In this document: positions 29,903 to 39,767 of the stretch, one piece after another
Layout of the letters: each line of letters starts with the position of its first letter
Position numbering within the stretch: position 1 is the first letter of the stretch
Assembly: GCA_963767005.1 (NCBI GenBank)
Contig: CAVYCN010000003.1
Coordinates: forward strand, 288,001 to 352,000
DNA length: 64,000 nt
Reading direction: 5' to 3'
Source: an uncultured Actinomycetes bacterium
GTDB lineage: Bacteria; Actinomycetota; Thermoleophilia; UBA2241
Program-made: the position numbers and the translations under genes
Notes under the pieces: generated by a model
Told to the model about the DNA's origin: nothing
The model's database searches: none
The model's input: the letters and a program-made list of their open reading frames with translations, nothing else

Positions 29903-31000
29903 TCAGTCCATCTCGAAGACGCGGTACGGGTTCTCGCAGGGCGGACCCGCGCAGGCGTACAGGCGACGCTCGTCGAGGTCGCAGATCATGCTGCCCACCG
30001 TCTGGCCCTGCTCGGCGAGCGGCTCGCTCGTGTCGGGATGGCCGCAGATGGCCGCGTCGGGCGCGGGCTCGTGGCAGCGCAGCACACGGGCGACGAGCTC
30101 GATCGGGTCGTCGCCCCTCGCCACACCCTCGGCCAGCAGACGGCGGGCGGTGTCGAGACGCGTGCGTGTCTCCTCGTGGCGCACGGCCTCGTGACCGGCC
30201 ATCTCGGCCAGGTCGTAGTGATTGGTGTGCGCCAGGTACGACTCGCCGGAGGCGACCGCGAAGGCCGTAGCCGATGTCTCGACGTCTTCGAGGCGGCCGT
30301 GCGTGTCGGCGAAGAGCTGGTTGGTGCCCCGGGCGCGGGCGGCGAGCGTGCCGCGCGCACGCGCCTCGTCGACCGTCGGCGCCTCGATCGACCAGCGCCG
30401 CACGAAGGCGTTCGGCACACCCACCCGGTTGTCGCTGGAGTGCAGCGAGTTGCTCACGTTGCCGACGCCGTGCGAGTTCATGCCGAGCATCGGCAGGTAG
30501 GGCACGCCGGCGATCGTCAGGATGCGGGTGCCGTCGGGCACCGTGACATCGAACAGCACGTTGTTCTCGACGTCGACCACGTACCAGTCCATGTTGTGAC
30601 CCACGACGTGCCGCCCTGCGGCACTCACCGCCACGGCCGTGCAGTGGTCGCCCTGGCCGGCGCCCGCCGGCAGCGGCGCCGGGACGCCCTCGACCGGCTC
30701 GCCCGATGTGAACTCCTCGGCGCAGTTCGGCACGAAGAGCTCCATGAAGGGACGGCCCGACCCCTCGGCCATGCCCTCGAGCTCTTCGACGTACTGCGGC
30801 AGCCAGGCGCGCGCGTGGCACAGATAGGCGGCGGCCTCGCGCCGCGCGTCGACGAACGACAGGCCGCCGCTCATCGCCGCGAACTGCTCGCGGTAGAAGT
30901 CCAGGGACGCTTCGATCTGGGGTCGGGCGGCCTCGCCGATCTGGCGGCCGATCTCGCGGTACGACCCGCGAGCGCGCACGTACACGAACGGGACCGCCAT
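29903..31000 (-). CDS. Peptidase C45 family Ntn-hydrolase/acyltransferase (AAT/Tan-like)
   Basis: GSYREIGRQIG, EELEGMAEG, autocleavage site H-CTAVAV, GHNMDW, GMNSHG and HTNHY motifs. Confidence 0.88.
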   Translation of the reverse strand: MAVPFVYVRARGSYREIGRQIGEAARPQIEASLDFYREQFAAMSGGLSFVDARREAAAYLCHARAWLPQYVEELEGMAEGSGRPFMELFVPNCAEEFTSGEPVEGVPAPLPAGAGQGDHCTAVAVSAAGRHVVGHNMDWYVVDVENNVLFDVTVPDGTRILTIAGVPYLPMLGMNSHGVGNVSNSLHSSDNRVGVPNAFVRRWSIEAPTVDEARARGTLAARARGTNQLFADTHGRLEDVETSATAFAVASGESYLAHTNHYDLAEMAGHEAVRHEETRTRLDTARRLLAEGVARGDDPIELVARVLRCHEPAPDAAICGHPDTSEPLAEQGQTVGSMICDLDERRLYACAGPPCENPYRVFEMD

Positions 31001-31117
31001 GGGGCTCCTTTCGCTCGAGCCGGTGGGCCGCCGCGCCGGGCCGATCGCCGGGGCCGGCGACGCGCACGGATAGGCGGCGGCGGGGCGGCCGCCGCAGGCG
31101 GCCGCCCCGCCGCCTTC

Positions 31118-32200
31118 CTAGCTTGCCCCTCCCAGCCGCAGGCAGGCCGCGTGGTGGCTGCCCCGCACCTGCACGTCCGAGGGGTCCTGCTGTGAGCAGA
31201 TGTCCATCACCTCGGGGCAGCGCGGATGAAAGCGACAGCCGCTCGGGATGGCGGCCGGGTTGGGCGTCTCGCCGGTGAGCACCAGGTGCTCGCGGCGGGC
31301 GGTCGGGTCGGGCACCGGGATCACGCTGATCAGGGCCTTGGTGTAGGGGTGCTGGGGGTTGGCCACGACCTCTTCGGTCTCGCCGATCTCGACGATCTTG
31401 CCGAGGTACATGACGGCGATGCGATCGGAGATCACCCAGGCCAGCGAGAGGTCGTGGGTGATGAACAGATAGGTGACGCCGAGCTCGCGCTTGTGGGCCA
31501 CCATGAGCTTCAGGATGTCGTTGCGGATCGAGACGTCGAGGCTCGCCACGGGCTCGTCGGCGACGATCATGTCGGGCTCGAGCACGATCGCCCCGGCGAT
31601 GCAGACGCGCTGGCGCTGGCCGCCGGAGAGCTCGTGCGGGTAGCGGTAGAGGTAGTCGCGGGCGGGCCGCAGGCCGGCCTCCTCTAAGGCGCGCACGACG
31701 CGCTCCTCCTTGTCGCGCTCGCTTACCACCAGGTGGTTGACCACAAGCGGCTCGGCCACGATGTCGAAGATCGTGTGCTTGGGGTTGATCGCGTTGTAGG
31801 GGTCCTGGAAGATGATCTGGCAGTTTCTCCGGTAGTCGCGGATCGCCTGGGGGCTGAAGCGCCCCACCTCGAGGCCCTTGTAGAAGATCTGGCCGCCGGT
31901 CTGGCGCTCCAAGCCCAGCAGGGTGCGCCCGGTCGTGGTCTTGCCGCAGCCGCTCTCGCCCACTAAGGCCAGGATCTCGCCGGCCCCGATCGTAAAGGAG
32001 ATGCCATCGACGGCCCGCACCCAGTGCTTCTCGGTGGCCACCATGGAACGCAGGAAGCTCTGGCGCACCGGGAAGAAGACCTCCAGGCCGCGGATGTCAT
32101 AGAGCACGCCGTCGCGCACCGCAGCGCCGCGCAGCTCCTTGCGGCCGATCGCCCCGCCCTCCTTGGCGGCGGCCGAGGGGTTGTCAGTCACTGTCGCCAT
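31118..32200 (-). CDS. Oligopeptide/dipeptide ABC transporter ATP-binding subunit (OppF/DppF-like)
   Basis: [20 protein letters not shown] and C-terminal GCRFHPRC motifs. Confidence 0.93.
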   Translation of the reverse strand: MATVTDNPSAAAKEGGAIGRKELRGAAVRDGVLYDIRGLEVFFPVRQSFLRSMVATEKHWVRAVDGISFTIGAGEILALVGESGCGKTTTGRTLLGLERQTGGQIFYKGLEVGRFSPQAIRDYRRNCQIIFQDPYNAINPKHTIFDIVAEPLVVNHLVVSERDKEERVVRALEEAGLRPARDYLYRYPHELSGGQRQRVCIAGAIVLEPDMIVADEPVASLDVSIRNDILKLMVAHKRELGVTYLFITHDLSLAWVISDRIAVMYLGKIVEIGETEEVVANPQHPYTKALISVIPVPDPTARREHLVLTGETPNPAAIPSGCRFHPRCPEVMDICSQQDPSDVQVRGSHHAACLRLGGAS

Positions 32201-33220
32201 CTAGGCCACCTTCCAGCAGCGCGCGTAGTGTCCGGGCGAGACCGCCACCATCTCCTGGTCGCTTTCAGTGCAGGCCGGCTCGGCTAGGGCGCAGCGCGGG
32301 TAGAAGCGACAGCCGGGCGGCGGGTCTAGCAGGTTGGGCGGGTCGCCGGCGATCGAGCTCACCATCTCGCGGGTCTCGTGGATGTTGGGGAAGGCCTTGA
32401 TGAGCTGCCGTGTGTAGGGGTGCGAGGGGGCCGTGAAGATGTCGGTCGTCGAGCCGGCCTCGACCACCTTGCCGGCGTACATGATGACGCCCTTGTCGCA
32501 GGTCTCGGCCATGACCGAAAGATCGTGGCTGATGAGGATGAAGGAGAGCGCCAGCTCGTGGCGTAAGCGCTCGATCAGCTCGAGGATCTGGGCCTGGACC
32601 ATGACGTCCAAGGCGGTGGTGGGCTCGTCGCCGATCACCAGCTTGGGGTTGCAGGCCAGGGCCATGGCGATCATCGCGCGCTGGCGCATGCCGCCGCTCA
32701 TCTCGTGGGGGAACTCAGTCACGCGCTTGGGGTTGATGCCGACCAGATCGAAGAGCTCGCGGGCGCGGACCATCGCCTTGGCCTCGCTTAGGCCCTCGTG
32801 GAGGATGATCGGCTCGGCGATCTGGCGGCCCACCTGCTGCACCGGGTTCAGGGCGTTCATCGCCCCCTGGAAGATGATCGAGACCTCCTTCCAGCGGATC
32901 TTGGACATGCCGTACTCGGTGCGCTTGGCCAGGTTGCGACCGTCGAAGAGCACCTCGCCACTGACGATGCGGCCGTTTTCGGGTAAGAGCTTGAGGATCG
33001 CCAGGGCGGCCGTGGTCTTGCCGCAGCCGCTCTCGCCGGCCAGGCCCAGGCTGTGGCCGCTCTCCAACATGAAGCTCACGCCGTCGACGGCTTTGACGTC
33101 GCCCTCGCGCAGCTTGAAGTAGGCCTTCAGGTCGCGCACGTCGAGGATGCCCTCGTGGTCGATGCGGGCCGCGGCCTCCTTGGCGGGGGCGGCCGCGGCA
33201 GCGCCCGTGTGCGGGCTCAT
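32201..33220 (-). CDS. Oligopeptide/dipeptide ABC transporter ATP-binding subunit (OppD/DppD-like)
   Basis: [26 protein letters not shown] and GCRFYPRC motifs. Confidence 0.93.
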   Translation of the reverse strand: MSPHTGAAAAAPAKEAAARIDHEGILDVRDLKAYFKLREGDVKAVDGVSFMLESGHSLGLAGESGCGKTTAALAILKLLPENGRIVSGEVLFDGRNLAKRTEYGMSKIRWKEVSIIFQGAMNALNPVQQVGRQIAEPIILHEGLSEAKAMVRARELFDLVGINPKRVTEFPHEMSGGMRQRAMIAMALACNPKLVIGDEPTTALDVMVQAQILELIERLRHELALSFILISHDLSVMAETCDKGVIMYAGKVVEAGSTTDIFTAPSHPYTRQLIKAFPNIHETREMVSSIAGDPPNLLDPPPGCRFYPRCALAEPACTESDQEMVAVSPGHYARCWKVA

Positions 33221-34632
33221 ATGACACCTCCCGGATCGCCGCCGACACTGCCGTCACGCACGACCGTCGCACTGTACAGGCCCGTGGGGATGGCGACGAC
33301 CGACTCGGTGTCGTCGCCGGGCCGTCCGCCGCTCTCCTCACGCTTGCGCAGCTTCGGATCGAGGATCTCGTCGAAAGCCGTGCCCATGAAGGTGAAGGCG
33401 AGCACGACCAGCACGATCGCGATGCCCGGCGGCAGCAGGTACCACCAGGCCGGCAGGCCGGCCGCGCCCGAGTCCCAGGCGTAATGCAGCATCGTGCCCC
33501 AGCTGAAGTTGAGCGGGTCGCCGAGGCCGAGGAACGACAGGGTCGTCTCGGACAGGATGGCGATCGCCACCACCAGGATGGTGTTGGCAAAGACGAGCGG
33601 GAAGACGTTCGGCAGGATGTGCTTGCGCATGATGTGCATGTCGCTCGAGCCGATCGCCCGCGAGCGCTCGATGAACTGCAGCTCGCGCACACGCATGGCG
33701 TCGGCGCGCACCACACGGGCGGTGCCGGGCCAGCTCGTGATGCCGATGATCAGCACGAGGATCATGTAGTTCTGACCCCAGGCCGCGACCAGCACCATGG
33801 CAAGCGGCAGCCAGGGGATCACGAGGAAGGCGTCGGTCAGACGCATCAGCACCTCGCTGAACCAGCCGTGGTAGTAGCCGGCGGCCACGCCGATACCGGC
33901 CCCCAGCACGGTCGAGATCGCCGTGGCGAACAGGCCGACCGCGAGCGAGATGCGCGAGCTCCAGATGAACTCGGCGAGCACCGACATGCCCTGCTCGGTG
34001 GTGCCGAACCAGTGGTAGTAGGACAGCGTCGGCGTCGCGAACGGGCTGCCGATCTGCGCCGTCGGGTCGAGCAGCGCGTGGTCGGCGAGGAACGGCGCGA
34101 GCAGCGCCATGAACAAAAAGACGAGCATGATGAACAGGCCGACCATGCCCTGCCAGTTGGCGCGGTACAGGCGCCAGATCTGGCGCGTGTTCCAGACCAT
34201 GAGCTCGGCGCGCTCGGGATTGGCGACGCCCCAGGCGTAGACGCAGGCGGCCAGCAGCACGATGACCACCGTCTGGAAGAGCCAGGCGAAGGTGGTGTCG
34301 CGGCCGTTCAGGGCGAGGCTGCCGTGAAGCACGCCGGCGCCGGCCGCGAACCACAGCAGGCAGTCGGCGCAGGCCGCGAGCAGCAGCAAGGGCAGCAGCC
34401 GCGAGCGCGACTGCCTGAAGAGCTGCGTCGCGCCGAAGACGCCCAGGGCGACGGCGAGAACGAGCGGCACGATCGGCGGGTAGTTGCCCACCGTCGGCGC
34501 CACGAAGCCGCCCAGCAGGTGGACGACGCCGGTGCGCAGCGGCCGGTCCTTGGGATAGGTGATGAGCGACACCAGCAGCCAGACGACCGGCGTCCAGACG
34601 TAGATCCAGGTGCGCAGACGATGGGGGATCAT
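33217..34632 (-). CDS. ABC peptide transporter permease (OppC-like) with an extra N-terminal membrane domain
   Basis: HWFGT, FIERSRAIG (EAA loop), HILPN, LSFLGLG and SWG motifs; about 140 extra hydrophobic N-terminal residues. Confidence 0.92.
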   Translation of the reverse strand: MIPHRLRTWIYVWTPVVWLLVSLITYPKDRPLRTGVVHLLGGFVAPTVGNYPPIVPLVLAVALGVFGATQLFRQSRSRLLPLLLLAACADCLLWFAAGAGVLHGSLALNGRDTTFAWLFQTVVIVLLAACVYAWGVANPERAELMVWNTRQIWRLYRANWQGMVGLFIMLVFLFMALLAPFLADHALLDPTAQIGSPFATPTLSYYHWFGTTEQGMSVLAEFIWSSRISLAVGLFATAISTVLGAGIGVAAGYYHGWFSEVLMRLTDAFLVIPWLPLAMVLVAAWGQNYMILVLIIGITSWPGTARVVRADAMRVRELQFIERSRAIGSSDMHIMRKHILPNVFPLVFANTILVVAIAILSETTLSFLGLGDPLNFSWGTMLHYAWDSGAAGLPAWWYLLPPGIAIVLVVLAFTFMGTAFDEILDPKLRKREESGGRPGDDTESVVAIPTGLYSATVVRDGSVGGDPGGVI

Positions 34633-35600
34633 GCCTTCACCCGCGGGTCGAGGTAGTAGTACATGATGTCGGCGATCAGGTTCGCGACGATCACGGCGAT
34701 GCTGCCCAGCAGGAACACGGCCTGCATGACCGGGTAGTCGCGCTGCATCATGGAGTCCCAGGAGAGCAGGCCGAGGCCGGGCCAGTTGAACACGGCCTCA
34801 GTGAGGATAGCGCCCGACATGACGAAGCCGATGTTCATCATGATGAGGGTGACCGTCGGCAGCATGGCGTTGGGCGCCACGTGCCGCCAGAGCACGTTCG
34901 AGTCGGACAGACCCTTGGCCCGCGCGGTCAGCACGTAGTCCTCTTTCATGACGCCGGTGAGCGAGCTGCGCACGATCAGGTGGTACTCGCCCATGTAGGT
35001 GATGGCGAACGTGAAGGCCGGCAGGAACAGGTGGTGCAGCAGCGCGCCGAACTGGTCGAGCCAGCCCGAGTAGGTCGCGCCGGGGTCGTACATGCGTCCG
35101 ACCGGGAACCAGCGTAACCACGTCGCGAAGATCATGATGAAGATCAGACAGATCCAGAAGGTCGGCGCGGAGTACATGACCATGCCGGCGTTGGTGGTCG
35201 CCACGTCGAACCGGCTGTTTCGTCGCCAGCCGGCAAAGACCCCGGTTATCACCCCGATGATGGTCGCGATGATGGTGCCCGTGCCGACGAGCAGGACGGT
35301 CGGCCAGATGCGCTCGCCGACGACCTGAGCCACCGGGCGCTTCTGCGCGAAGGAGTCGCCGAACTTGAGGCGGACGGTGTCGCCCCAGTAGAGCACGAAC
35401 TGCTCCCAGAGCGGCTTGTTCAGGTGGAAGTTGGCGCGCTGCTTGGCCATCGCGTCCATCGAGAAGCGACCCTTGGGCACCAGCAGGCGGGCCGGGTCGC
35501 CGGGCAGGATACGAAAGAGCACGAAGTTGAACGACGCGATGAGAGCGATGGTGAGCAGGGCGTTCATGATCTTGCGGGCGAAATAGCGCCGCTTATCCAC
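34629..35600 (-). CDS. ABC peptide transporter permease (OppB-like)
   Basis: LPGDP, DYVLTARAKG, FNWPGLG and RDYPVMQ motifs. Confidence 0.93.
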   Translation of the reverse strand: MDKRRYFARKIMNALLTIALIASFNFVLFRILPGDPARLLVPKGRFSMDAMAKQRANFHLNKPLWEQFVLYWGDTVRLKFGDSFAQKRPVAQVVGERIWPTVLLVGTGTIIATIIGVITGVFAGWRRNSRFDVATTNAGMVMYSAPTFWICLIFIMIFATWLRWFPVGRMYDPGATYSGWLDQFGALLHHLFLPAFTFAITYMGEYHLIVRSSLTGVMKEDYVLTARAKGLSDSNVLWRHVAPNAMLPTVTLIMMNIGFVMSGAILTEAVFNWPGLGLLSWDSMMQRDYPVMQAVFLLGSIAVIVANLIADIMYYYLDPRVKA

Positions 35601-35913
35601 GGCCCTGGCGCGCCGCGCCGTTCGGCGAGACGATCTGCGCGCTCATTCCCCTCCCTCCGTTCTTCGGTCGCGACCCGGCCGTGCGGCCGATGGCCCGCAC
35701 GGCAGTCGCCCGTCTTTGCGTTGTGAGGGGAGATGACCCCCAGGCGACATGACGCCGGGGGACCGGCCGCCGATCCCACCTGCGGCCGTCAGACGACCCC
35801 CCTCGTCGAACGAGTCCGTGTTTGGGCATTGTACGCCACATGGCAAGAGGCGACGACCCGGACTCGCTCGACCGACCTGCACCGACTCGATGGGGCCCGA
35901 TGCGCCCGCTCAC

Positions 35914-35959
35914 TCGCGTGGCGGCCGCGGCCGGGCTCGTGACCGCGGCCGCCACGCGA
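35914..35959. terminator. Strong hairpin after oppA
   Basis: 17-bp inverted repeat TCGCGTGGCGGCCGCGG / CCGCGGCCGCCACGCGA. Confidence 0.6.
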
Positions 35960-35973
35960 TGCCGCCCCGGGGC

Positions 35974-37812
35974 CTACTCCTCGACCGCGCGCGGCCGCGA
36001 GCGCCGCCGCAAGGCGAAGACGCACGCGACGACGATGGCCACGATGACCGCAGCGCCGACGATCCACGCCGTGGAGGCCGCACCTCGGGTCGCCCTCGCC
36101 GCGACCGGCCGCAGGTTCACGTAACTATCGACGTTGCCGGCGGTATAGAAGGCCGGCCCCCTGCCGTCGCCGACCCGTGTCCAGCCCGTCCATCTGGCCG
36201 TGTCGTAGGCCTCGAAGAAATCCGGGTAGGTCAGCACGATCCACGGCGTCTGCTGGTACATGATCTCCTGCATGCGCCGGATGAGCGCCTGCCTGGCAGT
36301 GGTGTCGAGGGCGGCCGCCTGCTGCGCGCAGAGCCTGTCGTACTGCGGGTCTGACCAGCTCGGTTCGTTCGTGCCGCCGATCTGCGCCGTGGTCTCGGCC
36401 GTCAATGTCTCGCCGGGGTCGAGGTAGCCCAGCCAACTGTTGACGTACAGGTCGAAGTCTGGCGTGTAGGTGCTGCCCCTGAAGTTCCACAGACGGGCGT
36501 TCAGGGCGCCGGGGTCGAGCACGCTGAAGTCGATCCTGATGCCGAGCTTCTGCAGCCAGCCGGTGATCAGCTTGCCCTCGATCTGCGAGGGATCGCTGTC
36601 GGTTGTGGCCCAGAGGCGCAGGACGATCGGCTTGCCCCGCCGGTCGACACGCACGCCCCCGCGCAGCGGGTAGCCCGCGGCGGTGAGGAGCTGGCCCGCC
36701 TTGGCCAGATCGAACGCGTAGAGCTGGCCGACGGACGGCTGCCAGTGGTAGTCGGGATCGACCCAGGTGTGGGGCGGGAGGATGGTCGTGCCGGGCATCG
36801 CATAGCCCTGGAAGGCGATCGCGCAGAGCCGCTGCCGGTCGATCGCGTAGTTGAGTGCGTTGCGGAACCGCCAGTCGCGCAGCACCGGGTTACCGAGCGA
36901 CGCCTTGCCCGCGTAGCAGTTGAAATTCAGGTACTCCCAGTTGTAGTAGGGGTAGGACAGCGCGGTGAGGCCGGGTGTCGAGGACAGGGTCTTGAACTGG
37001 GCGACCGGGATGCCCCAGGCGGCATCGAGAGCGCCGCTCTTCAGGTCGGCCGTCATGGTATCGGCGTCCTCGTAGGTCTCGAAGAAGATCTCGTCGACGG
37101 CCGGCCGCTTGCCCCAGTAGTAGGGGTTGCGGTCCAGGCGCAGGTACGAGCCCTTCACCCACTTGGCCACAGTGAACGGCCCGCTGCCAACAATCGGCAC
37201 GGCGTTGGTGAAGCTCGTGGTGGCCGCCTGCGGACTGACCTTCTTCCAGACGTGCTCCGGCACGATCGGCACGAAGATCTTCTCCATGTCCGCCTTCGGG
37301 CTCGAGCACGTGATGCGCACCGTGGTGGCATCGAGCGCCGTGGCGCCGAGAACGCCCGCCGTCGAGATCGCCATGTTGAGCATCTTGTTCTTGACAATGT
37401 AGTCGTAGGTGAAGGCGACGTCGGACGCGGTCAGCGGCTGGCCATCCGACCACCGGACGTTGGGCCGGATGTGGATGGTCCAGACCTTGCCGTCGGCCGA
37501 CAGCCCTCCGTTGGCCTTGGTCGGGAACTCGCTCGCGAGGTCGAGCGCGGGCCGCGACGTCGTGCCGAATCCGAACAGGAAGTCGTAGTTGATGGACCAG
37601 ATCTCGTAGTCCTGGTTCTGCCACCCGATGAAAGGGTTGAGGTTGTCGGGCTCGGTGGTCCAGCCGATGTGCAAGGCGACGCCGCCCGTGCTCGGCGCGG
37701 GCGAAGGGCTCGCCGCGAGCGCCTCGACCGACCCCACCGTGACCCCGGCGAGGAGCACCGAGACCGCGACGAGAGCGGCTCGCCGCAGACCGCCTGAGAA
37801 TCTCCTGTCCAT
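35974..37812 (-). CDS. ABC transporter family 5 substrate-binding protein with a C-terminal TM anchor
   Basis: LNPF, WSDGQPLTASDVAFT, GSGPF, RNPYYWG and YAIDR motifs; C-terminal hydrophobic helix followed by RRRSR. Confidence 0.93.
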   Translation of the reverse strand: MDRRFSGGLRRAALVAVSVLLAGVTVGSVEALAASPSPAPSTGGVALHIGWTTEPDNLNPFIGWQNQDYEIWSINYDFLFGFGTTSRPALDLASEFPTKANGGLSADGKVWTIHIRPNVRWSDGQPLTASDVAFTYDYIVKNKMLNMAISTAGVLGATALDATTVRITCSSPKADMEKIFVPIVPEHVWKKVSPQAATTSFTNAVPIVGSGPFTVAKWVKGSYLRLDRNPYYWGKRPAVDEIFFETYEDADTMTADLKSGALDAAWGIPVAQFKTLSSTPGLTALSYPYYNWEYLNFNCYAGKASLGNPVLRDWRFRNALNYAIDRQRLCAIAFQGYAMPGTTILPPHTWVDPDYHWQPSVGQLYAFDLAKAGQLLTAAGYPLRGGVRVDRRGKPIVLRLWATTDSDPSQIEGKLITGWLQKLGIRIDFSVLDPGALNARLWNFRGSTYTPDFDLYVNSWLGYLDPGETLTAETTAQIGGTNEPSWSDPQYDRLCAQQAAALDTTARQALIRRMQEIMYQQTPWIVLTYPDFFEAYDTARWTGWTRVGDGRGPAFYTAGNVDSYVNLRPVAARATRGAASTAWIVGAAVIVAIVVACVFALRRRSRPRAVEE

Positions 37813-37822
37813 GATCCCCCCT

Positions 37823-38890
37823 TCAGCTCAGCAGAGCCCTGGCGATAGGCTGCAGGTCGCGATCGGCGGGCATCTCGTCGAGACCGATCAGGGCGAGGAC
37901 GACCGCCTTCTGGAGGTGCTTCCGGTTGGCGGCCATCGGCCAGACGATCGACGCCGCTCCGTCGATGACCTCGTCGGTCACCTCGTCGCCCCTCACCGCC
38001 GGCAGGCAGTGCATGAAGCGCGCGCCCGGCTTGGTCTTGGCCCAGAGTTCGCGATTCACCTGGAAACGGCGGTTCTTGCGTCGCATCTCGGCCACGTGCT
38101 CCGGGGACTCCGCCCACCACCACAGCGAGGTGTAGACGTAGTCGGCGGTCACAACGGCTTCCTCGGGATCGTCGGTGGTGAGCAGGTGCGTGTCCCACAG
38201 GCCGCAGTTGTCGTCGACCGCCCGGCGGACGGCGTCCGGGAACGCGAAGTGTTCCGGCGTCGCCACGTTCACGTTCATGCCGAGGCGGGAGAACGTCAGT
38301 GCCACCGAGTCGCACATGCAGTCGCCGTTGCCGAGGAACGCCATCGTGGCGCCCTCGAGGGGTCCGCCCGCCTCGATGATCGTCATCGCATCGCTCAACG
38401 ACTGGATGGGATGGTCGTAGTCGCCGGCCTCGCCGTTGATCACGGGGATGGTGGCCGCGTCGGCCAGCTCCTGGAGCACGGCGACCGTCTGCGTGCGTGC
38501 CATGAGCGCGTCGAGGAACTGCGACAGGGCCTTGGCCGTGTCGGCCACGCTCTCGCGGCCGGGCAGGTGCATCTCGCCGGGGCGCAGGTAGACGGCGTGC
38601 CCGCCGAGCTCGGTCATCCCGGTCTCGAAGCTCACCCGCGTGCGGGTGGAGGGATCGTCGAACAGCATCCCGAGGTGATGCGCGGGCAGGAACGGAGTAA
38701 GCCGCTTGCGACCGCGGAGCGCCTTGAGCTCGATCGCCAGCTTGATCAGGTCGAGAAGCTCGTCCCGCGTGTAGGCCTGGTCCGTGACGTAGTCACGACC
38801 GCGGAACCGCGCAAGCGGCGGTAGCGGTGCGGCCAGGATCGACTCGAGCGTCGTTGCCGACGCCGCCGCGGCGTGCGCCATGTCGACCAC
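37823..38890 (-). CDS. Aspartate/ornithine carbamoyltransferase superfamily enzyme, putrescine-carbamoyltransferase-like with a divergent amine site
   Basis: STRTRVSFE, HPIQ and MHCLPAVRG motifs; lacks the OTC DxxxSMG motif (has YTSLWWWAE). Start may be ATG 38881. Confidence 0.85.
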   Translation of the reverse strand: MVDMAHAAAASATTLESILAAPLPPLARFRGRDYVTDQAYTRDELLDLIKLAIELKALRGRKRLTPFLPAHHLGMLFDDPSTRTRVSFETGMTELGGHAVYLRPGEMHLPGRESVADTAKALSQFLDALMARTQTVAVLQELADAATIPVINGEAGDYDHPIQSLSDAMTIIEAGGPLEGATMAFLGNGDCMCDSVALTFSRLGMNVNVATPEHFAFPDAVRRAVDDNCGLWDTHLLTTDDPEEAVVTADYVYTSLWWWAESPEHVAEMRRKNRRFQVNRELWAKTKPGARFMHCLPAVRGDEVTDEVIDGAASIVWPMAANRKHLQKAVVLALIGLDEMPADRDLQPIARALLS

Positions 38891-38933
38891 CCCCCTCGGA
38901 AGTTCGGTCCCGGTGCCTCAACGTCGGGCCGAT

Positions 38934-38953
38934 TTGATTGGTCGTACAATAAA
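38934..38953. promoter_or_regulatory. Putative TetR operator 1, overlapping the -10 of the carbamoyltransferase-oppA promoter
   Basis: TTGATT-GGTCGTAC-AATAAA; a minus-strand TTGACA -35 lies at 38971-38976. Confidence 0.65.
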
Positions 38954-39030
38954 CCATCGCGCACAGGACATGTCAAGTGAGTGGTCAAGGGCGGCTCGGA
39001 GAGACGGCGAAGTGAGGTGGCGGGCGGCGG

Positions 39031-39741
39031 CTACTCCGCGCCCAGACGGTCGAGGCGGTCGATCAGCATCCGACGCCACAACCCGAAGGTGCCGTCGTGG
39101 TCGAACCGTGCCCGGTCGGCCGCGAACTGCACGGCGAGCCCTTCGACGACCGCGACGCTCAGGGCCGCGAGACGATCCAGATCGGCGGCCTCCGCGCCCG
39201 CGCTCGCGCCCTCGAGGCAGCGGCGATCGAGCTCCCGGGATGAGCGATACGACTCGGCCAAGCGCGCCCGCATGACGTCGTCGTGCATGATGTGGGGCAG
39301 CAGCTCGTAGAAGGCGCGAAAGCCACGCCAGTCGGCGGAGATCTCGCGCTGGGCGTCGAGCAGGGCGGCGACGCGGGCGCCGGGGTCGGCGATGGCCGCA
39401 AGCTCGCCGCGCAGGCCAACGTCCTCGTCCTCCATGAGCGAGTCGACCACCGCCTGCACGAGGCCGCGCTTGTTGCCGAAGTAGTAGGCGACCAGAGCCC
39501 GGAACTCGCCCGACTCCTCCTCGATCTCCTTCAGGGTGAAGTGCTGATAGCCCTTCTCGGTGAGAATGCGCTTGGCGGCCTCGAGGATGCGCTGCGCCGT
39601 CGGAGACGCCGGCCGGGACCGCTCGGACCCACCCGCCTCTCGCTTGTCTGCCGGCTGCCTGGCCAGTTGTCTCGCTCCCCTTCGTCGCGACCTTCCCATC
39701 TTACCTCGCCGTGGCTCAGGACCCCGCGTGACGATGGCCAC
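39031..39741 (-). CDS. TetR/AcrR family transcriptional regulator
   Basis: RILEAAKRILTEKGY...LVAYYFGNKRGL HTH; exact start uncertain. Confidence 0.92.
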   Translation of the reverse strand: MAIVTRGPEPRRGKMGRSRRRGARQLARQPADKREAGGSERSRPASPTAQRILEAAKRILTEKGYQHFTLKEIEEESGEFRALVAYYFGNKRGLVQAVVDSLMEDEDVGLRGELAAIADPGARVAALLDAQREISADWRGFRAFYELLPHIMHDDVMRARLAESYRSSRELDRRCLEGASAGAEAADLDRLAALSVAVVEGLAVQFAADRARFDHDGTFGLWRRMLIDRLDRLGAE

Positions 39742-39767
39742 CGCCGGCGCCTATCTGGCTCATGGCG

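Noticed and set aside
27540-31195. Very long ORFs 27540-31067 (-, 1175 aa) and 27725-31195 (+, 1156 aa)
   Set aside because: Arg/Pro/Gly-rich shadow frames overlapping well-supported pucR, ybjQ and C45 genes; expected in high-GC DNA with few stop codons.
35700-35730. ACGCAAAG on the minus strand as part of a c-di-GMP-I riboswitch
   Set aside because: The upstream GGCAAAC / GNRA tetraloop stem required for the motif is not recognisable.
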